Shown: positions 41,801 to 51,500, numbered from the stretch's first letter. The stretch: 64,000 bases of DNA from Burkholderiales bacterium (GCA_018781585.1 JADMJT010000006.1:11116-75115), one strand, 5' to 3'. Notes: generated by a model from the sequence alone, not told the origin. Numbers and translations are program-made.

Positions 41801-41837
41801 CGAATAATTCGGACCAGCATTCGAGGAGCAGCGCAAG

Positions 41838-42857
41838 TTATTCTGGCATTGTCTCGGACGTGAAAGGAATATCCATATAGAGGCTGCCGTCGTTGCGATG
41901 TGAGACGATCAGCCCTCCTTCGACGACAAGTTCATCTGCAAGGTCGCCAAGTGCCTCGAACGAGCTTTGGTCGCTCCAATGTCCGTAATCGTCGGCAATG
42001 CGCTTGCAGAGCACGCCCAAACGCTCGAAATATGACGCGAACCAGTGACCTTTGAGAGCAGCCTTCGTTTTTGGCAAGTCCATCAATGACAGCCTTTGCC
42101 CCGCCATGTTGCCGAGATGATATGCGGCAAACTTCATGAGTGAGCCGTAGGCAGCATATATCTCGGCCATAATCTTAGTGACATCTCCGTGCCGACGATA
42201 CGCCTTTATGAGCGCGTTGGCCTTCGAGCGCGTCTCGTTCAACAGAAGAATGAAAGTCTCCTCGTAGCCGGCAGTGGGGTCATGTCCGAAGGGTGCGCTG
42301 ATCCAGGTTGCTGCGTATTCGTCCCAGCACGCCAAGTTGATCTGCCACCTTGCAGCGTCATGGATATTCTTGTAAACGTTCTGCAAGAGAACGTTTGGAA
42401 ATGCCGTGTCGAAGCGATGCGTTATCTCGACATGTGCACATTCATGCGCAAGCGTGTGTAGTGCCAACTTGAAATGCTCAGAGTTGGGATCTTCAAGCGC
42501 GATGGCTAAAGCCGCGTTCAACACAATGTGACTCTTCACGATTCCATCGCGAATGACGGAAGGTGTCATCGCGACGCCGATAGCAAATTCATCGGACGGT
42601 GTTAGTCGATGTGAGTAGAGGTATCCCCGATCAAGGTCTAGCAGCGCCTGATTGTAGTCAAATGCAATCGTGACCCCGTCGAGACGGCTTAGGTCGATTT
42701 GGCGGCTCAACTCTTGGATATATACGCCGGCAAGGTGCGCGAATTGCGTTGCCCGCTCTTCCATATCGAATCCCCGTACGGTGACGGGAAGGTTTTTTGG
42801 CGCAGTATACGGGCGATCTTCCGGCTCCCTTGTCCCACTTTGGATATCCTTTTCCAT
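41838..42857 (-). CDS. Hypothetical protein with HExxH zincin-like motif
   Basis: HTLAHECAH plus downstream WDEYAA; RBS AGGAG before ATG 42857. Confidence 0.7.
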   Translation of the reverse strand: MEKDIQSGTREPEDRPYTAPKNLPVTVRGFDMEERATQFAHLAGVYIQELSRQIDLSRLDGVTIAFDYNQALLDLDRGYLYSHRLTPSDEFAIGVAMTPSVIRDGIVKSHIVLNAALAIALEDPNSEHFKLALHTLAHECAHVEITHRFDTAFPNVLLQNVYKNIHDAARWQINLACWDEYAATWISAPFGHDPTAGYEETFILLLNETRSKANALIKAYRRHGDVTKIMAEIYAAYGSLMKFAAYHLGNMAGQRLSLMDLPKTKAALKGHWFASYFERLGVLCKRIADDYGHWSDQSSFEALGDLADELVVEGGLIVSHRNDGSLYMDIPFTSETMPE

Positions 42858-42944
42858 GGCTCCTTTCCTGCGGATCAAATGCCCCGACTTTTGGTCGGAG
42901 AGTTGATCGCGGCTAGCCGATACCCTTATGGCTAACGAAGGCCG

Positions 42945-45440
42945 CTAAAGGTACAACGACGGCTCTTCATTCCACTCCGATATCAAGCTGCGTGCTAGAG
43001 TTTGACCGGATAAAAGCTCTCTTAACTGTGCCACCTTGCCTTCCATCTGTCGGGCTTCACCGGATAGGGCTGTCAGGATCGCGACATCGGCCTTCAGTTC
43101 ATTCGCCGTCGCGGCAAGATCCTCGATGTCGCTCTTTGCGATCTGGTCTACCCTTGGCTTTGCCTCACCAATGAAAAATTTTCCGTCCACGATGCAAACC
43201 ACGTCCAGTTCGCGGTCGGCTTTCATGCCCTGGTTCTCGGGGTAGTCGCGAAAGAGCGCCGTTTGGGGTGCAAAAATGAACGATTTTTTTGCTTCTCGCC
43301 GCAGTGCACTCAGTGCCCATATGACGCTGAGCGTATCGTGCTCGCGAAGACACGTTGCCAGAAACTCGTTGAGACGGAAGTCGAGAGTGAGATCAACAGG
43401 GAGGTGATGCTCTTGCTGGCAAATCTCGCATGGCATCACGTTCTTCAGAGCATCGACGGAAACCCAGTTTCGATGGGAGCAGTGGCGGCAGACCCACTCG
43501 TGACCGCGATAGAACACACCGCGTTCACACAAGTATCCAAGGGAGCTCTTGATGCCTTCAGGTGCATCCGCGAGGATCGCGTCGCTCTGGTCTTTTATAT
43601 GGGTATTTACCTCTATTGCTGCCGTCAGCTCCTTTTTCCACGCTTCCAGAAGACGGGTGTATTGCGTGGTTAGCCTGGGAACTCTGAGATCGCTCGACAT
43701 CTGTATTACGCGCTCGGCCAAGTTTTGCCAGCCGGCCCCATCCTCGATCACTAGCGTCCCGCTCTTTGCCTTGAGGCGCCGCTGCAGTTTCGTGATCACC
43801 ACCGGGTATTGCTCGGTCGCCGGCGTAGCCATCGTTTCAAATTGCGTTCGCCAGAAGTGCCCACCGAGCACGGCTTCGGCGTCGCTCAGCGAGCCAAACA
43901 TACCCAGGACACCCTGCAGGTAGCGCCCCTTGTCAGATGGTTTTGAAAACTTGTACGCGACATTTGTCGCGAGTACCTTTCGCATGTCGCGGTATGCATA
44001 CTGTGCGGCGTCGTTTAGCAGGCTATAGAACACCTCTTGGTCTTCTGGCTGTGACACCTCTAAGGCTTGGATGTCTTTGTGCACCTCAATGCCAATGTCG
44101 CCGGTTCGCAATATCCTTGTGGGTCGTTTTTTGTGGAATACACGCAGTAGCTGCGGACGTTTTGGCAGCGTCCACACGTCCCGAACATTGTCAAACCGGC
44201 TGTTATCGTTCAAGCGATCGATTTGGAGATCAACGTACCAACTTCCTCTGGACATGATCGGATGCGCGCCGGTGCAGTACTTGACCTGTATCGGGCTCGG
44301 GACTGACACGGCTACAGGGCTCTCACCGATGGCGACTTCTGAAGAAGCGTTGTCTGTAGGGCGCACAAAGTGGATGCTCTTGTCCCCTGCCGGGCAGCAG
44401 TCTTCCGCCGTATCAATCCGCGCAACATTGACGATTGACATCGACGGCCCGCGGAGTTGCTCGGCAAACGCCTCGAGTTCTTCTTTATTCAACGAGTGCG
44501 AGCGCACCGAAACCCTTGACGAGCTATTGTTCTGGCCTAGCCAGTTGCAGTTCCGGAGGAACTCTGCAATACACTTGGTGTTATCAGGCTCCAACCTAGT
44601 CGCAGCCGGAACACGGAGGGTCTTGTACGTTTGGTGCTGCGCGTCGTCGTAGAGCAGCGCGGAATTCCAGCACGTAACTCTATCCAGAAAGCTGTCGCCC
44701 ACGACTAGGCAGAAGCTGTCTCGCCACGGATGCTCCACGCGATGCCGCTGCGCGTAGAGGTTCGACAGATAACCGAGCGTGAGGAGGCTGTTATTATGGT
44801 GCAACCGCGGCAGAATTTCATACGCGCTGTTGATTTCCTCGTGTCCTGCGTTACCGAAGTGCCATCGGTTCGCCGGCGGGTCTGGAGGGGTCAACATCAA
44901 TGGCCGAACATAGTCGGCCAATTCGCGATGAACCGGGAACTGTTCTAGACTTGAGGAGAGTGAGCCGAAGTTATCTGTCACGAAACCGTCGTCGCGCCAT
45001 AGTGGATAGGAATCCAGAATCAGTTCTGGACGTGCCCGAATAGCACCCGAGCTGATCTTCAAAAACGGCAGCCATGATAGGGCCGTCAGCGCGGGCTCTT
45101 CGAGGCCGACGCTGGGGTGCTCCTCGAGTGTGTCGCGCTTTCTCTCGCGACCCAAGATTACCGTGTCTGCTAAAAGGTCAGCAAGCGGTTGAACGAGGGC
45201 GGCGTTGTCATACGTCAATGCGAAGACGACATCAGGGTCGAGCACGCGCAGCCAATTAGCATAGCGCTGGGGAATCAAGGCGTTTTCAACCGGCACGACC
45301 AGTGATTGACGGCCACCGTGTCTGCCAAGGCACGACGCAAAGATACTGTTAAGCCAGCGGGGTGCATCGAGACCGTCCTCAATGAGGTAGGCGACACGAA
45401 CAGGACGCGAGATGGCGTGGATTTTCGGACTAGGTTTCAC
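42945..45440 (-). CDS. 831-aa hypothetical protein with Zn ribbon and C-terminal PD-(D/E)xK nuclease-like domain
   Basis: CRHC...CEIC; RELDVVCIVDGKFFIGEAK. Confidence 0.72.
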   Translation of the reverse strand: MKPSPKIHAISRPVRVAYLIEDGLDAPRWLNSIFASCLGRHGGRQSLVVPVENALIPQRYANWLRVLDPDVVFALTYDNAALVQPLADLLADTVILGRERKRDTLEEHPSVGLEEPALTALSWLPFLKISSGAIRARPELILDSYPLWRDDGFVTDNFGSLSSSLEQFPVHRELADYVRPLMLTPPDPPANRWHFGNAGHEEINSAYEILPRLHHNNSLLTLGYLSNLYAQRHRVEHPWRDSFCLVVGDSFLDRVTCWNSALLYDDAQHQTYKTLRVPAATRLEPDNTKCIAEFLRNCNWLGQNNSSSRVSVRSHSLNKEELEAFAEQLRGPSMSIVNVARIDTAEDCCPAGDKSIHFVRPTDNASSEVAIGESPVAVSVPSPIQVKYCTGAHPIMSRGSWYVDLQIDRLNDNSRFDNVRDVWTLPKRPQLLRVFHKKRPTRILRTGDIGIEVHKDIQALEVSQPEDQEVFYSLLNDAAQYAYRDMRKVLATNVAYKFSKPSDKGRYLQGVLGMFGSLSDAEAVLGGHFWRTQFETMATPATEQYPVVITKLQRRLKAKSGTLVIEDGAGWQNLAERVIQMSSDLRVPRLTTQYTRLLEAWKKELTAAIEVNTHIKDQSDAILADAPEGIKSSLGYLCERGVFYRGHEWVCRHCSHRNWVSVDALKNVMPCEICQQEHHLPVDLTLDFRLNEFLATCLREHDTLSVIWALSALRREAKKSFIFAPQTALFRDYPENQGMKADRELDVVCIVDGKFFIGEAKPRVDQIAKSDIEDLAATANELKADVAILTALSGEARQMEGKVAQLRELLSGQTLARSLISEWNEEPSLYL

Positions 45441-45981
45441 TCAAGCAACTCCGTTACGAATCGAATAGTCCGCAATATCGCGATCATGAATCCGGCTATC
45501 GTGCACCGAGAAGGTGGAATCACATTTTTGATCGAGCCGCTTCATCGCTCTTTACTAACGCATCTTATCAACAATTCCATTGGGAATGACCCACGGCTAT
45601 CCAGGTCCTCGTACTTCTCCCTGTTCCTGTACATTGGGTCACGACTCAGACTTTCCCGAGACAGTACATTGAATCAGTCTTCTGGGTGACCGATTTCGGC
45701 GCAATGCTGTTGGTCACTTTGGCCGAGCAAGAGACACCGGCCGCACTCAGCGTGAGCCTCAGCTTCTGGCCGAACAGTGCCACCTAGAGTATGGAAGTGC
45801 ATGACCGCTGCATTGGAGACATTGGGCGCTATGAAATGTCGCTAGCAATACGAATCATCGCGATAAAGCGGGTTTTCAGCGTACTTAACACATGGCAAAG
45901 ATTACATAACCCTTAGAATGGCGCAGGAAATAAGCCGCTTCGACTGGTAAACTTGCGGTTTGCCAAATTTTACTAAGACAT

Positions 45982-47055
45982 ATGAAGCCAGCCGCACCCG
46001 AAATTTTCCAAGTCCCAACCAACGAGTTTCAATCAGCATTCAAGCCCGGCACGCCTGAATTCGAGATGGCGGCGATGACCCACTACGCCGCCGAATACTC
46101 AAATCGCGGTTGGACGGCCGTCGTCACCGTTGATCCGGATTTTATTCGCGTCGTGGCACTGCCCGCCGGCGGGATGGACCCCAAAGCATACGTACTGGGC
46201 CTGCTGAAAAATCGGTTTCTCGAAGACGCGCTGCCGATTCTGGAAGCTCTGGACGGCATGATCGATGACGCCGATATCGCCTTCAATCATGGAATCTGCC
46301 TGTCGGAATTGGGCCACATCGCGGAGTCGGTGGAGCCGTTGGAACGCGCCATCGGGATCGACCCAAAATACGTCAATGCATATGTGGGGCTTGGATTCTC
46401 CCTTACAAAACTTGGCCGAAATGAAGAGGCTGAGGCGCCGCTGCGCAAAGCTATCGCGCTGGATCCCGAGAATTCGTATGCGAAACGGAATCTGGCGGCT
46501 GTGTTGGGCCGCATGGGACGGATGCAGGAGGCGCTACCGTTCTTCCGCCAGGCGGCGTCCCTCGCACCGAACGATCCCGGAGCGATGCTTGGCCTGGCGC
46601 AATGTCTCGACGATCTTGACGGTGATTACCGCAAAGAGGCGGACAAGATTTACGAGCAGATCACCAATAAATTTGGCGATCACCCGGTCGCAGAAATGGC
46701 GCGGGTAGCCCGCAACAAGATTGCCGGCGAAGACTTGCATGCAACGGTGGATGGAAAAATAAGAATGGATGCCGTGTTTTACATGCAGGGGGCGATGGAG
46801 CATTTCGCCGCCATGCCGAAAGAACGTATCGGCAAGATCGCAATGGAAATCGCCAACCTTGGCCGCGACGGGCTCAAGATCAACGAACCGGAGGCTCGCT
46901 ATCACCTCGAAAATATGGAAGGTGATTTTTCCGGTCTGCATTTGCTGTGCCTCATGCACGTAGGCTTCCGAATGTTCGATCCGGAGGCGGATGCCGGTAC
47001 AGGCCTTGATCGTGAATATAAAGCAGCGGTAGCAATGCAAGGTGGAAAGGCGTGA
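45982..47055 (+). CDS. TPR-repeat protein with unknown C-terminal domain
   Basis: About four TPR units (AIGIDPKYVNAYVGLG, AIALDPENSYAKRNLA, AASLAPNDPGAMLGLA). Confidence 0.8.
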   Translation: MKPAAPEIFQVPTNEFQSAFKPGTPEFEMAAMTHYAAEYSNRGWTAVVTVDPDFIRVVALPAGGMDPKAYVLGLLKNRFLEDALPILEALDGMIDDADIAFNHGICLSELGHIAESVEPLERAIGIDPKYVNAYVGLGFSLTKLGRNEEAEAPLRKAIALDPENSYAKRNLAAVLGRMGRMQEALPFFRQAASLAPNDPGAMLGLAQCLDDLDGDYRKEADKIYEQITNKFGDHPVAEMARVARNKIAGEDLHATVDGKIRMDAVFYMQGAMEHFAAMPKERIGKIAMEIANLGRDGLKINEPEARYHLENMEGDFSGLHLLCLMHVGFRMFDPEADAGTGLDREYKAAVAMQGGKA

Positions 47056-47567
47056 GCGCGATCCCGGAGAGCTATTGGCAGATCATTGAACCGCTGATCG
47101 CGACGGCGCGCGGCTTTCTGGAAAACGGCGAGAAACTGTCGCCCATTGCCTTCGTTGGCAACTTCGAGGCGGGCACTACTATCCCAGTGCAGATGCAAGC
47201 TGGCAGCGATGAGGCAAAAGATCAATCGGCGCGAGCCATCAAATTGATTGCCGAACAGCACAATGCCGATTTTATTTTCACCATCATGGAAGCGTGGTCG
47301 CTCCGGCCAGACAAGCTCCACATGATCGATGAAATATACGATAAATACGGCTCGATTGGCGCAAGCCCCTATGCGATTGATGTGGTGACGTTTTCGCTCG
47401 AAGCCCGGCATGGTGTTTTTATCGCGCAGTGCCCAATTAAACCCAAGGGGTACAGCAAGAAAAAACGCACCTTCGGCAAACCGGAGTTTCGGCTATTCAC
47501 AGAAGCGCAGGGGCGATTCGTGGATTTGCTGCCGGTGAAAGATGGCGCGGGCGGGACGTTGCATTGA
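47052..47567 (+). CDS. Hypothetical protein coupled to the TPR gene
   Basis: GTGA overlap with the upstream stop; 171-aa ORF with protein-like composition. Confidence 0.7.
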   Translation: MSAIPESYWQIIEPLIATARGFLENGEKLSPIAFVGNFEAGTTIPVQMQAGSDEAKDQSARAIKLIAEQHNADFIFTIMEAWSLRPDKLHMIDEIYDKYGSIGASPYAIDVVTFSLEARHGVFIAQCPIKPKGYSKKKRTFGKPEFRLFTEAQGRFVDLLPVKDGAGGTLH

Positions 47568-47679
47568 TGTAATAAGGATCACAACCCAAGATTGCGATCC
47601 GACCACCAACTCCATCACTAAGTTGCCAGCTCTCATCGGACGAGATCATCAAAACTTAAGCGGACCCAACTCGCGGCCC

Positions 47680-47741
47680 ATCCGCGCCCCATCCGGGCCC
47701 GCCTAATCCGAGTCATATCCGTGCCCCATCCGGGCCCGGAT
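47680..47741. repeat. 22-bp direct repeat pair with 14-bp palindrome
   Basis: atccg(c/t)gccccatccgggcccg at 47680 and 47717; atccgggcccggat at 47728-47741. Confidence 0.75.
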
Positions 47742-48067
47742 ATGGTCCACCCAGTCAATCCTATCCAATACGTAAACCGAAAAACCCATTCTTATTCGCA
47801 GATGGCCATCCAATGATATAGGTACTCAGAAGCACGACTTTCTATATAAACAGCCTCGCTATCAAACGCGTAGCAGCCACACATGTGCAATCTTAATGCG
47901 AACAGCCGATACCGATATTAATGCGAGTGCATTTTGTACTCGCATTAATAGGAGGGGGTGCGGGATTTGCGAAGCGAATCGTGCGCCCCCGAACAGCGGT
48001 GGCTGGCGTGTGGCTTGCGAATGCAAGACACATGACAGACAGGCACAACGTGCCAGCTGCATTCACC

Positions 48068-48404
48068 AAAGCGAGGCTACTGACGAAATAAAAAGCGGGG
48101 CTGATGTGCAGCTTATCCACGGCGCTGCTGCCGGCCCCTCTCAGGCCAGGGCAGCAGCGCGGTGGGTAAGGTGCGGGAAAAAGCGAGGCTACTGAAAATG
48201 GATTTTTAGGTGGCCCACTACTGACGACAAAAGCTTGTCTTATCCCTGACCAAGCCCTCTTCGCCGGGCGGGCTCGCCGGGTGGGTTTGATAACCCACCC
48301 GTTCGAGTAAGCGTGTCACGCACCAACAGCGTCAAGGGGTGAGCATAAACGTTGCGCTGCGCGCAAATTGGCAGCACAAATTTATCCCTCCCTTTTCCCT
48401 TGAC
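48068..48404. other. Structured non-coding region (direct repeats and three stem-loops); candidate oriT or ssDNA element
   Basis: aaagcgaggctactga at 48068 and 48180; hairpins at 48122-48160, 48278-48301 and 48331-48404. Confidence 0.5.
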
Positions 48405-48471
48405 CCCGCCTCATGCGTGCAGAAACGCCAAACCATAGCGACCAGAGATATCTAGAGAAGAAAACTACAAG

Positions 48472-48783
48472 TCAGGCATGAGAAGGCTTTGGCGCCTTCT
48501 TGATTTTGATTTCTACAACCTTGCCAACTGCCCTGGCTGCCTTGATGAGCGTGTCTAGTTGGATGGACGTATTGTTGGGATCCAACACACGGTCAAGTTG
48601 GGAGCGGCTGGTTTCCATTTTTTGCGCCATGGCGAGTTTGGTCAGGTGCGCTGCTTGCATGCTGTCTTCAAGCTGCTCGGACAGCACGCGTTTGAGCGCC
48701 TTCGCCTGCACTTCTTCGAAGACACCTTCTTCTTTCAAGAAGTCATCAAAATCAGAACCGGTATGAGGATTACGTTTCGCCAC
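48472..48783 (-). CDS. XRE-family antitoxin (HigA-like)
   Basis: HTGSDFDDFLKEEG...METSRSQLDRVLDP...LDTLIKAARAVG; likely GTG start 48783 overlapping the toxin. Confidence 0.85.
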   Translation of the reverse strand: MAKRNPHTGSDFDDFLKEEGVFEEVQAKALKRVLSEQLEDSMQAAHLTKLAMAQKMETSRSQLDRVLDPNNTSIQLDTLIKAARAVGKVVEIKIKKAPKPSHA

Positions 48784-49123
48784 GATGCCACTCCTTAAAG
48801 CGTTTTTCCGCCAGATCAATATCCGCACTTGGGGTCTGCTGCGTCTTCTTGATAAAGCCATGCAGCAGAATCATTTGCCCGCCCTCGACCGCAAATAGCG
48901 TCCGCGCAATCCGGTTACCCAGAGACGTGCGAACTTCCCAAACAGCGCCGCGCAAGTGATCGACGCGAGGCTTGCCGATGGGCCATTTGTATTGCACGTA
49001 GGCAATGTCTTCGCCAATGGTTTTTCGATCATCCTTTGGCAATTCCTTAAGCCATTCGCGCACCGGTTCCTTGCCGGCTGCCGAGCGATAGAAAATCGCC
49101 CGGAGTTTCTGGGGGCTAGGCAT
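48770..49123 (-). CDS. RelE/ParE-family (Gp49-like) toxin
   Basis: GKEPVREWL, WEVR, LLHGFIKKTQQTP; toxin-first order. Confidence 0.88.
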   Translation of the reverse strand: MPSPQKLRAIFYRSAAGKEPVREWLKELPKDDRKTIGEDIAYVQYKWPIGKPRVDHLRGAVWEVRTSLGNRIARTLFAVEGGQMILLHGFIKKTQQTPSADIDLAEKRFKEWHRGET

Positions 49124-49129
49124 TTATGT

Positions 49130-49158
49130 AATGTACCTTATACGGTACGTTTTGGCAA
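49130..49158 (-). promoter_or_regulatory. TA promoter with operator palindrome
   Basis: Minus strand TTGCCA-N17-TACATT with GTACC-N6-GGTAC overlapping the spacer and -10. Confidence 0.55.
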
Positions 49159-49189
49159 GGCGACCCATTGTACTCGGCTTGATTCACGG

Positions 49190-50227
49190 CTAGCGGCGCT
49201 TGGGCGCATTGCTGCCTGGTCCACTATAGACACGGCGCCGCGGTCTAACGGCGCGGGTTGCTTTCACTCCTAGCACACGGTTGCCGCCCCGCCGGGCCTG
49301 CCGCTGATGTCCGTAAAAGCGTTGCGTCTCTTCAACTGAATGCCCTAAAGCTTGAGCAACCTGATCCGAATCCAAGTCATCCGCCTTTAAGTCAGCCGAA
49401 AATTGATGACGGTAAACATAGGGAGTTACGTGGGCTTTACGACGCGGCCAGAGTTTTTTCGAAATACCAACAACCGAATCTTTCAACAGCGCAGCTTTAA
49501 CCGTGACAATCAGCGGCGAGCCTTGGACTGCCAACTGCCGCTCAAGATGTGCCGCTTCGGGGGAGTCTATCCTAATGAGAATAGACCGCTCTTTCTGACC
49601 GAATTTGCCGTCATGTGTCTTCGCTCCAATTACTTTGAACAAAATACCTTCATTCAACCCCTCAACTTTGATGCCGGCTTCCAACTCAGCAGGGCGACAA
49701 CCAGTACAAGACAAAATCGCGATAGCGTCACGATACTTCCCACGTTTAGGAACCGCCTCCCACATTCGAGCGCGCCAATCACTTGGTAGTTGGGCGAGAA
49801 CTCGCCGCTTGGAAAGGCTTTGCGTGACGATGGCTTGCGCCTTGGCATGCGCGACCCAAGCACCGATCTGACCAGAATGTATCCGCTGGCGCTTAGGGTC
49901 GGGGGCGTACTGGTTGAGCCTTATGCGCAATTCCTGAAGCCTTTTGACGGATCGAATCGTACTCTGATGCTCGCCCATCCCGTAGGCAAAAATGGATATG
50001 CTACGGAGCAACCGCATCTCATGCAAAATGCCATATATCCACGCGGCCCGATAAAAATAAAAACTATTTTTCCGGGCCGCACCCATTTTCAAGGGTGTTG
50101 CGCTGTCTTTTGTCATGCGCTTGCAGGCCTGCAGATACTGGCGGCATGTCGTTTCACTTGGCTTGGGAAAGTGATCCAGAAATCTTTCGACCGATTGGAT
50201 GAACCGGGAAAACTGTACATGATCCAT
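49190..50227 (-). CDS. Second, atypical tyrosine recombinase-family protein
   Basis: TGCRPAEL, GAK, YVYRHQF, ALGH and FYG catalytic set; no arm-binding domain. Confidence 0.82.
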   Translation of the reverse strand: MDHVQFSRFIQSVERFLDHFPKPSETTCRQYLQACKRMTKDSATPLKMGAARKNSFYFYRAAWIYGILHEMRLLRSISIFAYGMGEHQSTIRSVKRLQELRIRLNQYAPDPKRQRIHSGQIGAWVAHAKAQAIVTQSLSKRRVLAQLPSDWRARMWEAVPKRGKYRDAIAILSCTGCRPAELEAGIKVEGLNEGILFKVIGAKTHDGKFGQKERSILIRIDSPEAAHLERQLAVQGSPLIVTVKAALLKDSVVGISKKLWPRRKAHVTPYVYRHQFSADLKADDLDSDQVAQALGHSVEETQRFYGHQRQARRGGNRVLGVKATRAVRPRRRVYSGPGSNAPKRR

Positions 50228-51070
50228 TTAATTTCTCCTCGATAGAGTAGTACTTCAACAGGCCAATACAGGCCACCGTTATCCCCCAAATAAAACTGCG
50301 CTTGCCCACCCCTAGACAAGGAAACATTGAAAATTTATTGACTCACCCTTGGCCTTTCTGAATACCAAGGCATCCCAGACCATATTTGGGAAGTTCGTGA
50401 ATCCTATTCCAAACGCTTACAGCGGATGAAGTGAGCACACTACGTTTCGCTGATATTTCCGGTGTGTCCATAACAACGAATCCTTCGCAATAATCAGGAA
50501 TACACAATTGCAGGTTTCTTGGTAGTAGATCAAGTCGATAGAAGGTTGAGCGGGAGACTAATCGCTTCGTGAACTACATCGCACGATTACGACATCTCCA
50601 ACAGATTGAAACCGCACGCATTACCAAAAATACAACACTGAAAATCGCGCCATTCACTAAATCTAAAGCGTTGCCGTTGCGGCGGTTGACTTTGTGGTTG
50701 GCAATACCATGGAGTTGCTGAAGCAATCCGTGATCGGGAGGCGAGCGCTTAACAATTCTTAGCGATGGTATGAAAAATCTTGTCGGCGTACTGGGTGGTT
50801 TGCTTACCCAAATGGTGTAAACACTTATGCCTGCCCTATTCTGGCATCCACGCACCATGACCTCCATACACCAAAAACAGCAATGTCAGCCGCGTGTCAC
50901 CTCAAAATATGAAATAGTTTCAGTCTATGAGCACACCCCATTGAGGCTTGAAACGCTAGTGTTCTCTTTAAACGTATTCGCTTTCAATGCAGAGAATTTT
51001 CGTGTATTTCTAGATGCACTGGCTCGAAAATTTAGTCAGTGCATTTGGATAAATAGATGAAAGGAATGGT

Positions 51071-51343
51071 ATGGATTTGTCTGAAATGAGATGCGTCCGG
51101 TTGCCGGAAGTCATATCACTGCTGGGCCTAAGCAGGAGTTCAATTTACTTGCAAATAAGCGACGGTTTGTTTCCGCCACCGATTCACATGAGCGCGCGAT
51201 GCTCGGCTTGGCCAATGCATGAGGTCCAACGGATTATCCTAGCCCGCGTGGCGCAGAAGACAGAGAGCGAGGTTCGGGAAATCGTGCGGGAAATCATAAA
51301 AGCACGGCAATCTGTTGGCACACTTGAAACTGAATCTGTATAG
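51071..51343 (+). CDS. alpA: AlpA-family regulator / recombination directionality factor
   Basis: VRLPEVISLLGLSRSSIYLQISDGLFPPPI...SAWPMHEV; lies next to attR. Confidence 0.88.
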   Translation: MDLSEMRCVRLPEVISLLGLSRSSIYLQISDGLFPPPIHMSARCSAWPMHEVQRIILARVAQKTESEVREIVREIIKARQSVGTLETESV

Positions 51344-51428
51344 CACTTCTGCAATACTGCGCCTCTAGGCGCCGCAGGCTCAACCTGCCACAGCAATCGC
51401 GGATGAATCCCGCAACGAATTGCACACC

Positions 51429-51457
51429 AACCCGCGGCGACGCGGGTTTATTTTTTG
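51429..51457 (+). terminator. Rho-independent terminator after alpA
   Basis: aacccgcg-gcga-cgcgggtt plus a T-tract. Confidence 0.7.
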
Positions 51458-51500
51458 TGATACCGTATAGTGCATGATTAGCAATAGAGGTGCTGATTTC

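Noticed and set aside
42925..42945. GTTAGCC as an integron attC core site on the minus strand
   Set aside because: No matching inverse core or attC hairpin, and no integron integrase.
47680..48234. CRISPR array
   Set aside because: Only two copies of each repeat, no regular spacers and no cas genes.
48421..48433. GAAACGCCAAAC resembling an SXT/R391-type oriT word
   Set aside because: A single short match from memory without the partner inverted repeat; could be chance.
50574..51060. Two short ORFs between the second recombinase and alpA
   Set aside because: No motifs, overlapping opposite strands and no clear RBS; coding status is unsupported.
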